From Octopus sinensis (lineage: Eukaryota): a DNA stretch of 64,000 nt. The notes beneath the pieces are model-generated. The model saw only the letters and a list, made by a program, of their open reading frames with translations, made no database searches and was not told the origin of the DNA. Shown one piece after another: positions 12,599 to 24,589 of the stretch; position 1 is the stretch's first letter; each line of letters starts with the position of its first letter. A program made the translations under genes and the position numbers. Location of the stretch: contig NC_043007.1 of NCBI RefSeq assembly GCF_006345805.1, forward strand, positions 48,422,001 through 48,486,000, given 5' to 3'.

Positions 12599-13414
12599 GC
12601 ACATGTACAGATTCAATTCCACTTCTTTATTGTTAGGTGAGAAGGTGAGTGCCTCTAGAGAAAACACAGAATCAATTTCTGTGGAAATGTGCTCTATTTC
12701 AATCTATGCAACCTATGTAGGCATGGAAAGAAAAACGTTAATAAGAATAGGTGGTGGTTGTGGTGGTGGTGAGAGCGTTGAGGTGTTGGGAGAAGGAGGA
12801 AGATGAGGGGTAAAGCAGAATTTGTTAGACATTTGATGTAAATTTCCCAATGAAATGCCTTCAATTTGAGAAATATCTTATTTCACTCGCTCATTCTTCC
12901 AATGTTGAGAAACTAGTTAATGTTATTGCTGTTGTTATTTAGCACCAGGTCACAGGACTGTTTTATCAACATTATGGACCCTTGGACAAAGCAATGCTCA
13001 ATCACTGCATATGTAGACTAGCATTGCTACCCTAGATCTGTAGAGGCTCCAGAATAATTGCCCAGTGTGTTTTTGCCTTAAGATGGTACTAACAAATGCC
13101 TTTTATAATACAGAATCCTGTTACAAACATTCTCAAAATTACCAACTGTTAAACTTGACTAAAAAATATGCAGTAGCAAGGCATTACATTTCATAGGTGC
13201 CTGTATAATAAAACCTTAAACTGTTACTCAGTCACTTTCTACAGACATAGTCGTAGGAAAACACACACAGAAGATACTGACTCACTTGCATTTCGCATGC
13301 AGTTTGTGTATGTATACATCGTATGTTTATCAATTTCTTTGCCACACAGTATCTGTAAATTCAATCACTTTTAGTGTATTTGTATCTTTTATCATTTTTT
13401 AGAATTCTTTCATC

Positions 13415-13850
13415 ATTAGACTGTGGCCATGCTGGGGTGCCACCTTGAAGAATTTTCAGTTAAATGTGTCAACCCCAATATTTATTTCTTTTTAAGCCTT
13501 GTACTTATTCTATTGATTTCTTTTGCTGAACTGCTAAGTTATGAGGACATAAACACACCAGCACTGGTTGTTAAGCAGTAGTGGGGGACAGATACAGACA
13601 CAAAGATGCACTCGCACACACACACACACATATACACACACATACACACATACAAACACACACAAACACACACACACATACACACACACACAAACATATA
13701 TATATACAACGAGTTTCTGTCAACCAAATCCACTCACAAGGCTATGGTCAGCCTGAACCTATAGTAGAAGACACTTACCCAAGGTAAGTGTCTTCTACTG
13801 AACCCTGAACCATGTGATTGGGAACAATGCTCCCTACCACACAGCCACAC
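13415..13850 (-). mobile_element. SINE family A
   Basis: Reverse complement of the head (ccacacagcca), CA linker and tail (ggccatgctggggtgcaccacc). Confidence 0.75.
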
Positions 13851-13974
13851 CTTTTGTTTAGTTTGATGCTTAACCACTGCTACTTTTACAGCAATCTAGA
13901 AGATTAATGTAGCAACCATTATGCAGCCAGCTGAAGGTTTTATCATTTGCTATTTTTTGTTAGTTTATTGGACC

Positions 13975-15045
13975 AATCATCATCATCATCATCATCATCA
14001 TCGTTTAACGTCTGCTTTCCATGCTAGCATGGGTTGGACAATTTGACTGAAGTCTGGTGAACCATATGGCTGCACCAGACTCCAATCTGATCTGGCAGAG
14101 TTTCTACAGTTGGATGCCCTTCCTAATGCCAACCACTCCGAAAGTGTAGTGGGTGCTTTTTACGTGCCACTGACACGAGGGCCAGTCAGGCGGTACTGGC
14201 AACAGCCACGCTCAAATGGTGCTTTTTACATGCTACCTGCACAGGAGCCAGTCCAGTGGCATCATCATCATCATTGTTCGACTGTGGTCGAGACAATGGA
14301 ATTTACCATGCTACGCCAGACTTCACGGTCCATCATGGCATTACGGAGGTCCTGTTGCTGGATGCCTGTATCCCTGGAGATTACATCAGGGTAGGAGAGT
14401 GTGCGCCCTCTGGTATTGCGAGTAGATGGCTTCCAGAGGAGAAGAGTAGAAATTACCTCTTTTTCAGCTCTACAACATGTCCAGCAAACTGGACTCTCTT
14501 ACCTTTCACAAGAGATGACACAGGTGGTAGTTTCCCATATATTTGCATTTTGGTTGGATGGCGCTTCCACGAGAGATTTTGAGCTCTCATAAGGAGGCGA
14601 GTGTAGGTTCCATCCAACCGCCTCTCAAGCTTCTTTGATAATGTCCAGGTTTCTGAGCCATATAGTAGAATTAGTTCGACTGTGGCTTTGAAGATTTCAA
14701 GTTTGAAGTCTCTACTTAGATTTGATGACCAGATCTTATGCATGTCATTACAGGCTGACCAGGCCATACCCTTTCTAGTTAGAAAGTCTTTTCCAGATGA
14801 TGATATGTATGACCCAAGATATTTGTAATCAGAAACCATATTTAAGGGCGCAACCTCGCTTGAATGTTTTTTCACGTGCCACCAGCACAAGTGCTAGTAA
14901 GGCGATACAGGTAACGATCACGCTTGGATGGTGTTTTTAACGTGCCATCGGCACGGATGCCAGCTTGTTGCTCTGGCAACGATCTCACTTGTGTGGTACT
15001 CTTAGCGCTCCATGAGTGAGATCGTTGCCAGAGCAACAAGCTGAC
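13975..15045 (-). mobile_element. RTE 3' UTR fragment interrupted by a second LINE (14262-14848)
   Basis: The (CAT)n tail and ggatgcccttcctaatgccaaccactc body stop at about 14260 and resume at about 14850 (cctcgcttgaatg). Confidence 0.7.
14262..14848 (-). mobile_element. LINE (RTE/RTEX-like) RT C-terminal fragment; ORF ends in a (TGA)n tail
   Basis: DYKYLGSYI...LLYGSETWTL...RVQFAGH, then (frameshift) RGRTLSYPDVISRDTG...NAMMDREVWRSMVNSIVSTTVEQ* running straight into gatgatgat. Confidence 0.85.
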
Positions 15046-15284
15046 CTCCATTTCTCAGATAGGCACTGACTATATAAACAGGAACTCAAATCTACTCAGC
15101 CTCTCCTTTTTGGTAGAATGAAGCAAAATCTGCTGTCTCTTCACCCAGAATTCAACCAGAACAGAATCAGTTATTTCCAATTACCATTCCAGCTACTGTT
15201 ATTTCCACACATTTCAATTGAACAAAACAGCAATTGACCATAACTTTTCATTTACCAACTACCTTACCACATGCACTATCATCA

Positions 15285-15640
15285 TCAGGTTTCAATCTGA
15301 TTTGGATAGTTTCTACAGCTGGATGTCCTTCCTAACACCAACCACTCCAAGAGTGTAGTGGGTACTTTTTACATTCCACTGGCACAGGTGCCCTTTATAA
15401 AATACCATCATTGGTCATGACTATGATCCCACTTGGCTTGACACATCTTCTTCGTGAACCTCCTAATTTACACAGTATATTGCCAAAGGTCTCGGTCACT
15501 TGTCACTGCCTTTGTGAGGCTCAAAATTCAAAGAGTGCTTTTTAGATGCCACCAGCACAGGTACCATTTATACAACATTGGTCACAACTATGATTTCATT
15601 TGACTTGACAGGTCTTCTAAAGCACAGCTAACCATTTCTA
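15285..15640 (-). mobile_element. RTE 3' UTR fragment
   Basis: ggatgtccttcctaacaccaaccactccaagagtgtagtggg plus downstream repeat units shared with 10300-10680. Confidence 0.7.
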
Positions 15641-15844
15641 ACAATATGTAACACTGGTTCCATATGTTTTAATTCCACCTTGTTTTTATGAATGCTTTAT
15701 TCTGAAAATTGTTGCCTTTTCTCTACTTGAATTACTGAATTATTGCAGCATGTTATTACAAACTCTTGGAACAGAATATATGCTATTTAACCACATAGAA
15801 TTATCGTATCACTTGGGCCTATTGCGGTCTACATTCTTTGTCTG

Positions 15845-16490
15845 TGTGGTACTTGCTTCCCAACCACATAGTTCTGGATACAGTCCCGCTGCATAGCACC
15901 TTGGACAAGTGCCTCCTACTATAGCCTCAGGCCAACTAAAACTTAATGAGTGGATTTGGTAGGAACTGAAAGAAGCCTGCCATGTGTCTGGGGAGAGTCA
16001 TTTTCTTTTTGTGTCTTTTAAGTTAAAACACTCACCAGTAAAATTTCCACTTATTCCTTATTTTTATTTTCCTAAAATTTTCGTTGCATCTTGCAAACTT
16101 TTCAATAGTCTTGATTCAAAAAGAAAATAACTCTCTCCAGACACAACAGAATATGCTTCAACACACGAACTCACATAAAGAATCTTGCAAGCCAAATCCA
16201 AAAACGAAATGTGTGTGTGTGTGTGTTCGTGCGTGTGTGTGTTTGTGTGTGCGTGTGTGTATATTTGTGTGCTTGTATCCGTGTTTGTCCTTGCCACCAT
16301 CACTTGACAACCAGTGTTGTTGTGTTGACATCCCCATAACTTAGCAGTTTGATAAACAGACCGATAGAATAAGTACTAGGTTTACAACGAATAAGTTCTA
16401 GGGTCGATTTGCTCGACTAAAACCGCTTAAGGTGGTGCTCCAGCGTGGCCACAGTCAAATGACTGAAACAAGTAAAAGAATAAAAGAATT
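15845..16490 (+). mobile_element. SINE family A with a PLE-type terminal fragment (about 15983-16210) inserted in its linker
   Basis: Head 15845-15985 and tail 16210-16490. The insert has an inverted repeat tgtgtctgggagagtcattttctttttg / caaaaagaaaataactctctccagacaca. Confidence 0.7.
16072..16108 (-). ncRNA. Minimal hammerhead-like motif with compensatory U3-A8 core
   Basis: Minus strand: CTA-TTGAAAA-GTTTGCA AGA TGCAAC-GAA-AATT-T-TAG; stem I CTA/TAG (3 bp), stem II with one bulge, self-complementary stem III AATT. Confidence 0.45.
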
Positions 16491-16690
16491 GTTAAAATAG
16501 CCATTTATATATTATAATAAATGAGTAAACACTGTCAATAAGTCAGTTACTGCAGTACTTGTTCTGAGATAGCATCTCTAATGGATTTATTGTGTTAAAA
16601 ACACAATAGATATAACAGGGAGATGAAATATCTCTGTGTACGTGATATTTTAATATTGGGGTTCGTAGCTATATTGATCTTATAGAACAA

Positions 16691-17920
16691 CTAGCAAACG
16701 CACCCGTCCTTTGGACGGTCAAAGTTGCTTTGGTGGTATTTTTTCACGAAATAATTGAACTACTGAGAAGGTTTATGAGTAGCACAGCAATCTATGTTTA
16801 CGATTAATCTAGGAACAGAAAACCAAATTGAAGGCTCGTTATTGAGGAGGTCGTTGCACTTTAATGATCACAGAACCTATAAGTTTGCAAGTGATGCAAA
16901 GTAGAGCTACTGAAGTGTTTTGGGAGTAGATTACGGATAATGACTAGTTGCTTAACATGAAAGCGAAATTTCTTCTCAGAAACAGCCACATAAATGGTGT
17001 AAGGAAATAGAAGGAAGACGTTGAAACTTCCCCTCTGCGAGTTTATTTTATTCAGCAGTAAAGGGAGCTATTTTTTCTGAAGAGAAGTATGATTGGTACG
17101 ATCAAAAATAGAAATATAATACCTACTTGAAAAAGTAGAGTTAAAAGAATGTGTTTGCTACGTGCTTACAGTGTACGACCACTCTGAAATTGACTTCAGG
17201 TAACGAAAAATGAAGACATGAAGAGTTTGACTTCAGTCCACGAACACGGCTTTGAATCTTTGTCAGTTAATAGTGAAAAGATGTCGCGTTCGAAATATCA
17301 TAATGGACGGATAAAATAAGCATCCTTAAAGTGAAACAACGCATTGGTATGTAAACAAAGGTATCAACAAATAGAAGAGAGGGAAAGGAATATCACTTTC
17401 AAGTAACTCAGAATAGGTAAAGGTAAGCTTGCCAAAGTTTAATGCAGTTTAAATATGGAGGTTAAGATTCTTTGGTATTGGATATCCATCGCGTACAGTG
17501 TTCCTAGTCGCAGGTGGACAGTCGAAATAAATGAATAGACAAAATCCTTTCACTTTTATAATATTCTCTAAACAAGTAATAATATACAATTACAACATAT
17601 AAATAAGTATTAAATCAAAAATGTGAAGACCGCTAAGAAATATTCTCTAATGCCAATATACGATCATATAGATTAAAAAGTATGGAAAAACCCCACATAC
17701 ATAAAAACACACGACGAATTAGAGAAAAACCCGTGTAAACCACCGTTATCCCGGTTTGTCCATTTAGGCGGGAACTCTGGGCAAAAGATTATAATGCATG
17801 ACCATCCTTGGGACGCAAGTAATGTAGGTGTAAAGTTTGGTGAAAATCGGTTGAGAATTGTGGAAATGTATATGTTAGTCAATGTACACACACATACTGT
17901 AATTCATATATACTGCAAGA
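16691..17920 (-). mobile_element. Non-autonomous Helitron (Lep1-like)
   Basis: The minus strand begins A|TC and ends CTAG|T. Subterminal hairpin ccgtcc-ttt-ggacgg (16704-16718). Block aagtttggtgaaaatcggttgag...(CA)n near the 5' end. Confidence 0.7.
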
Positions 17921-18064
17921 TATAAATTAAAAGTGCATTGCATGCGTATACATCTATACATACATAAAGACACACACACATACATTTGCGACTATATGCA
18001 TGAGAAAACATATAAAACCAGACATACACACACACACATACACACACATATGTATACATACTAA

Positions 18065-18383
18065 GATCGATGCATCAAAAGAATATTGGTGGAACTTAAA
18101 AGTCAAAGCAGCCACCAAGTTAAAACACAACCAGCCAGATGTTGCTGTGTGGTATCACAAAGAAAAGATATGTTCTTTTGTGGAAATCACCTGCCCACTG
18201 ATAAGGAGTTTGCAAATCCAGTACCCAAGATACACTATTGAAGCAATAGGATATATACCAACCTGTCTGGAGCAAAGTATGACTGAACTTGGAATTTTGG
18301 GAATGCAAATCCTTAATTCATATGCTACAAATGACCGTGATATCTGGGACTATAAAAATGTGCAAGAACTTCTTAAGATTTAA
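18065..18383 (+). mobile_element. R4/Dong-like LINE 3' fragment (restriction-like endonuclease)
   Basis: EYWWNLKVK...LKHNQPDVAVW...KICSFVEITCP, a PD-(D/E)xK REL pattern; internally deleted. Confidence 0.65.
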
Positions 18384-18975
18384 AGGATGATGGTTAAAAC
18401 AAGATGCTTTTTCTTCACAACCTTGCTACCAAGTAGAAGGCCGGTCAAAGTTTACTCTAAAATTAAAAAGAGAAAAGGAAGCCTATACATACATGCATAC
18501 ATACATACATGCATACATACATACATACATACATACATACATACATACATACATACAATGTACAAACAAGCATGCGTGCACGCAAGATCGTACGTACATA
18601 CGTATGTATGTATGTATGTATGTATGTATGTATGTATGTATGTATGTATGTATGTATGTATGTATATATGCATGAAGGTATCCTTTAGTATTCAAGGACC
18701 ATGGATCTACGCTTGGAAAGTCTCTCTTCGACTTTGTTGGTTGAGCAGCATTTACTGTGACAAGAGAAACCCAAAAGTGAGTGGCAGTCCCAGCTGCAGT
18801 GACTGCATTTGAACAGTTTGCCAATATTGTCCTAGTGCAGTTTTCTTCTTTTGAGTTTGCTTTTCTTCGTCAGCAAATCTTAGCACCCCATCCGCTCATT
18901 TTTAAACACTTTTCTTGTTCCAGCTCCCAGAAGGGAGCACCAGTAATATTTTAACACCATTTATCCCTCGATATA

Positions 18976-20195
18976 TTGGTTCATCCCATAAATAATACGG
19001 GTTTTTTTTTCAATTGCATGAACTAAAAGTCAGAGGGAGGTGGGATAAACTACCTGCATCAACTTGCTATAAAAGCAGGTAGTAATTTTACCTTCTCTTT
19101 ATTCTTAATGCAAGTTTTCAAGAGTGCAGTTCGATTTTAATAGTTATTTTTTCAAAGCTATAATGGAAATGACAAAGGAGCACATTCAGCATATTTTGCT
19201 TTATGAGTTCAATAAAGCAAACAACGCAATGGAAAGTGCAAGGAGCATTATATGGGGATCGGACAATAAGCGTAAACCAGTGTCAACGGTGATTACAGAG
19301 ATTCCGAGCCGGAAACTACAGCCTAGACGAAGAGCCTCATCTTGGAAGATCTCTAGAGCTCGATGATGACGTCCTGCAAACCCTAGTGGAACAAAATCCC
19401 ATCAAAACTTTTGAGGGACTAGCAGAGAAGCTTGGATTTGGTCATTCAACCATTCCTCAGCACCCGCGTGCCACTAAACTTTCTGCGTCTAATCGCGCGG
19501 AGAGTGAATGTGTGCTCTTCTTTGCTGTGACGTCTCACGAATGAACCTTTTTTTTTTTGGATCGAATAGCAACTGCTGACGAGAAATGGGTTCTCTATAA
19601 AAATGTCAAGTGCCAAAGACATTGGATAGGGAAATGATAAACACCGGCACCCCAGGTTAAAGAAGGTCTTCACTCACATAAGGTGTTATCTGTTTGGAGG
19701 GATATGAAAGGTTTAGTCCACTTTGAACTTTTAAACCCAAACCAAACGATAACCAAGGTGATCTACTACGAGCAGCTTGAGCGCCTTAAGTCAGCGCTAT
19801 AAGAAAAACAACCATCTTCGGTTTCAAGACAAAAGGTGTTCTTCCATCAGGATAATGCTCGGCCACATACAGCAAGGATGACATTCCCAAGGCTGGAGCA
19901 GTTTGAATGGGAAACAGTACCCCACCTACCATATTCCCGGGATATTTCCCCAGTATTCAAAATCATTTGGACGGAAAAAATATGAATTCTGTAAATGCGG
20001 TCAGAACAGTACTGGAGGAGTATTTTTCGTCACGGACAAGTGAATTTTGGAAGGGTGGCCTTTCAAATCTACCGGATGAAGAGCATTGCAGAAAATGAAG
20101 GGGAGTATATTTTAGATACAAAAAGAACATTGTTCATCTTAATTTTGAAAAATAAAAGAAGTATTAAAAACCGCATTATTTATGGGATGATCCAA
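18976..20195 (+). mobile_element. Full-length decayed mariner (D,D34D), copy 1
   Basis: TIRs ttggttcatcccataaataat / attatttatgggatgatccaa with TA on both sides. MEMTKEHIQHILLYEFNK, ATADEKWVLYKN, FFHQDNARPHT and a partly deleted HPPY motif. Frameshifts and stops. Confidence 0.9.
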
Positions 20196-21250
20196 TATAT
20201 ATATATATATATATATGTACGTATATGTATGCACGCGCGCGTGTGTGTGTGGCATTGGACGCTCGAGTACTTGACTGTCGTCTGGGGAAAAAAAAGAAAA
20301 CAAACAAGGGAGACAACCTCGAAATATTAATATTAATTCTGTTTTTTCTTAATAATTAATTCTGGTTTAACTATATTCAGCTGGTCAAAGTATTTTTGTT
20401 TATGCCTTTATTCTCTAATAATAAAATTAATCACTTCTATTTCCTTTTTGTTTTTCTGTTTTCCTCATTTTGCACTTTTTCATTCTATCTATCTTTACTT
20501 ATCTATCTATTTATAACTTGTTCTCTCTCGCTTTCTCTCTAGCTATAGTTATCTCTCTCTATTTATAAATATCATTCTCTCCCTCTCCTTATAAAAATCT
20601 TTTCCCTACCTCTCTATTTACATCTTTTTCTCCCTCTGTTTATAAAAGCTATCTTTCTTTCTCTGTATCTATAAATATCTTTCTTTCTTTCACTCCCTCT
20701 CTATAAACATCTTTCTCTTTTTTTCTATTTATAAATATCTTTCTCTCCTTCTCCTCTATTTTCAGACATCTCTCTCTCTCTATTTATAAATAACTATCTC
20801 AATAACCGAAGCTTACTCTAATACACGCGGGCTATTACTTGAAAACGTGCTCGTCGAGCTAACCTGACCAGTCTCAGCCACGCCCACTTAACTATATTTG
20901 GAAAGCACCAATCAGCTAGCGTTCCGTATATACGACTATATGAACCTTCCTCACTCTCTTCCCCCTTCTTTTTCTCTCTTTCTCTGTTTGATGTATGTAT
21001 AGTGTCTCTTTGTATGTATGTATCAATGTATATATGTGCTTGTGTATGTTGTGTGTGAACGAACGTATAGGAGAATCTGTACGCGTGTGCATAACAGTAA
21101 ATCTGGGAAATGAGTATTAATATATGTATGTGTTTATGTATGTATATATATATATATGTCTCTGTGTGTGTGTATATATGTGTCTTTGTATATGTATGTG
21201 TATCTGTGTGTGTGTGAGTTTACAATTTGTGCTTTAGCCATGCGTCAATT

Positions 21251-21268
21251 CACGTGTCAAAAAGCGTG
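21251..21268. promoter_or_regulatory. Canonical E-box CACGTG followed after 6 nt by E-like AGCGTG, in a CpG-rich region
   Basis: CACGTG at 21251-21256 and AGCGTG at 21263-21268. A GC-box-like ccacgccc and a CCAAT lie at about 20878-20915. Function is inferred only from proximity to a clock-type gene. Confidence 0.3.
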
Positions 21269-21978
21269 GAGCTCGGCACCTCCCTATATCTCGTTCCACT
21301 TCCTCCTCCCTCCATTGTTAATGTCGCCTGTTCCATATAAATATAAATATATATATTTATATATATATATATATATATATACATACATAAATATACACAC
21401 ACTTATCTATAAATATATATTTAAATACACACACACTTATAAGTATGTATGTTTTTATTCTACACAGTCTACACTCGGAACATTCTTTTCTTTTCTCTTC
21501 AAGCCTCTTTTTTCTCTCCCCTTCCACCTATTATACTCCCTTTATGAAGGCCTCTGTCCTAATCGGTGAATTCATAAAAATAATTACCTTGTATTCCTGG
21601 GTTTTGAGGTGGCTGGGTTGTTGTTCCTGAAACAATTGGGGACGAGGGAGTGGACACACACATAGGCACACATGCAAACATACACATACACTTATATAGA
21701 CATTGCAACAAGCATACAGATACACTTGTATACCAATACTGAAATAAAATACAACTTATCTATTTTATATATAAAGGTTGTGTATATATATATATATAAA
21801 TTCTATAATTATAAACATAATTATAATTAGGGTTCAGCAAATTGCTTCATGTATAAGGTTACCGATAAAGGTTATTTTAACATACCGAGATACTGGGTAA
21901 AATTATTAATTATTAATTAATTAATTTTACCCTTTATTATTATTGAGTATATTCATATATACATATACATATATATAT

Positions 21979-22020
<42 letters not shown>

Positions 22021-22661
22021 TATGTACATACACATATATATATATATATGCATATAAGTAAATAAGTGCATATCTGTGTGCACACCGATAAAACTTGCAC
22101 GCACGCACGCGCGCACACACGCAAATTTACATTCTTATTGATCTGTATGTTTATGTGTGTGTGCGTATGCGTGCGTGTGTGTGCAGATTGCAAACATAAA
22201 CGTTTACTTCTGTTGCATGCATATGAAATATATGCACAAATACTTGCTCTAAATGCACATAGGCGGTGCACAACTTTAAAAAATATTGCACGCGTATATA
22301 TATATTATGCATATTGGTACATTGCACACCCGCATTTAGATTGCACGTACGAACGCGCACTTTCACACACACACACACACACAGCACATGCTTAGAAATT
22401 ACAACCATCATCATCATTATCATAACTTTTGCAGAACTCTTGTCTTCTTCCTCTATGGTGGTGTTTTGTCGACGTTGTCGTCTTCGTCGTCGTCGTAGTA
22501 GTAGTAGTAGTAGTAGTAGTCGTGGCAACCGTTGTAAGTTGCAATTGTTGCTATTGTTGTTATTGCACAAAGTAAACATGGTTAGCAAGGGTGGGTTGTT
22601 GAATAAAAGTTAAAGCAACACATCTTCCGCGTAGCTTTTATATACCCACACACACGCTACG

Positions 22662-22696
<35 letters not shown>

Positions 22697-23664
22697 TCGC
22701 GCGCGCGCGCATACACACGACTGTTTGCCTATCTATGAGAAGTGAAAGAGATAGTGACAGAGCAAGAAGAGGGTAAGAAAATAAGATAGAAGAGACAGGA
22801 AATAATGCAAAAGAAAGAAGTGTTAAAAGCGACTAAAACACAAGTATTACCATCACTATCGACAACATCATTATAACCACTAACACCATCATAACCACTA
22901 TCATCGTCATAGGTTGGACAAGGAGTACTGATATGATAAAGTCACATACTGGGAAGAAGTTGGAATGCTAAATATATTCAGAAAAAACGTAAAACTATGT
23001 TATGTGCTGTAAATGGATGTTTTAGAGTTGTGGAAACTAAAATATGTAACTTAAAACCACAAAGAATCGTTTTAAGTAGGTAAGAGCCTTATTTTAACTA
23101 AATCTCTTCCGTTTCTTTTTTGTATACGTATTTCTGTGTATGTATATCGTATACTTATATGCACACACCACACTTTTAGTGTTTTTGCTATAGGGGTGTG
23201 ACTTTCATATATATATATGTATATATTTGTATGTATGTATAGGTGATGTTGTGATGTTGATGCATGGTTTACCTGCGGCGTCAGACTTGTAAATAAGAAC
23301 TGAAACGTTCGAAAAGAAAATCAATCACTTTCTACTTTTGCCTTTTTTTAGAAATATCATAGTTTTTCATATTTTTGCTGTTGTGACTGGTATATAATGA
23401 CTTGTAGATTCGTCACTTTTTGAAAAATATGTCTTTGTTTTGGGGCCATGCTTAGTTTGGCTCCTTTTTATTTCTTTTCATAAAGTATTTAGATATATTA
23501 ATATAACCTCATAGGAAGATACTTTGCACATATTGTTGCTGTTGCCTCTAAAACCCTTTTAATGTATATACTTTCTAATCGAACCCTTTCAGGGCCACTT
23601 GCACACACCACTTATATTTTTGTTTCAACTTATTTACTCCACCAGCGTTGACAGACATTTCCAG

Positions 23665-23697
<33 letters not shown>

Positions 23698-24280
23698 GTA
23701 TTATGTATGCATGCATGCATCCATGTGTGTATGTATGTATGTGCGTATGTGTATGTTTTCTGGCGTTGTTTAGCCCCAGGTCAGCTGTGATTGAGCAGAC
23801 GTGTGATCAAAAGCCATTGCAATCGTGATCATCAGTTTTTTTGTTGTTTTTGTTTTCGGCAATAGGGCATCTTGAACTTCACTATGTCCTTTTTTTTTTT
23901 CTTGAAAGAATCTGGCTGCTCTTTTTAGCAGTTGAAGTAATCGTATAGAAGAGCCTTATACACACACACACACACACACGCATATATATATATAATACAC
24001 ATGTTTGTTCGTATGTACGAGTACTTACATATATACCTCCCATGTATGTATCTATGCATGTGTGTGTATGCATGCAATGTATGTATCCGGTCTCTTCTAA
24101 CATGGAAACTTTGTCCCAAGCATTCATACGTATGTATGCTGGCAAGCACATGCAAAAAACTTATGCATAGATATACATTCATGTTTATGCACATACATAC
24201 ACTCATATTTACGTACAAACATCCATACTTTTACAAATATATTCATTCATATTTATGCATTTCGTCGTTAAACAAAGATA

Positions 24281-24589
24281 AAGCACGTGCTTAGGGCACT
24301 AAGGGAGGGTGGTGAGCCACAGTTGGTTCCAGTGCCTGATTCACTATAATTTAATTAACTGAAGTTTTTTAATGAAGAAAAAAAAAGGTGTAAAAATTCG
24401 CATTTTCCCTGGTTTTAAGAAAATATAATTTCGTAAAATGACCGAAATTGTTTAATATACGTGCAAATTCCATATATTTAATATTGCTGTAAGAATTGGC
24501 CTTGGGAATGGCCTGGAACTACGGTGTTTAATCTAGTTTTTTATATTCTTTATTATATTTAATGTCACCGTTGTTAGACAATGGTAAGT
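24281..24589 (+). promoter_or_regulatory. Candidate promoter/non-coding first exon of the CIPC-like gene
   Basis: 12-bp palindromic E-box AAGCACGTGCTT (24281-24292), TATA-like ctataattta at about 24344, and a consensus donor ATG|GTAAGT at 24583/24584 in non-repetitive CpG-rich sequence. Confidence 0.3.

Noticed and set aside
12600-12830. Possible host exon or ORF in non-repetitive-looking sequence
   Set aside because: Stops in all useful frames and no consistent splice pair; perhaps an old LINE endonuclease remnant, but unsupported.
22151-22613. Overlapping ORFs (145 aa minus, 115 aa plus) with poly-L/R/S
   Set aside because: Built from (TCG)n(TAG)n and (CA)n repeats; no recognisable domain or convincing splice context.
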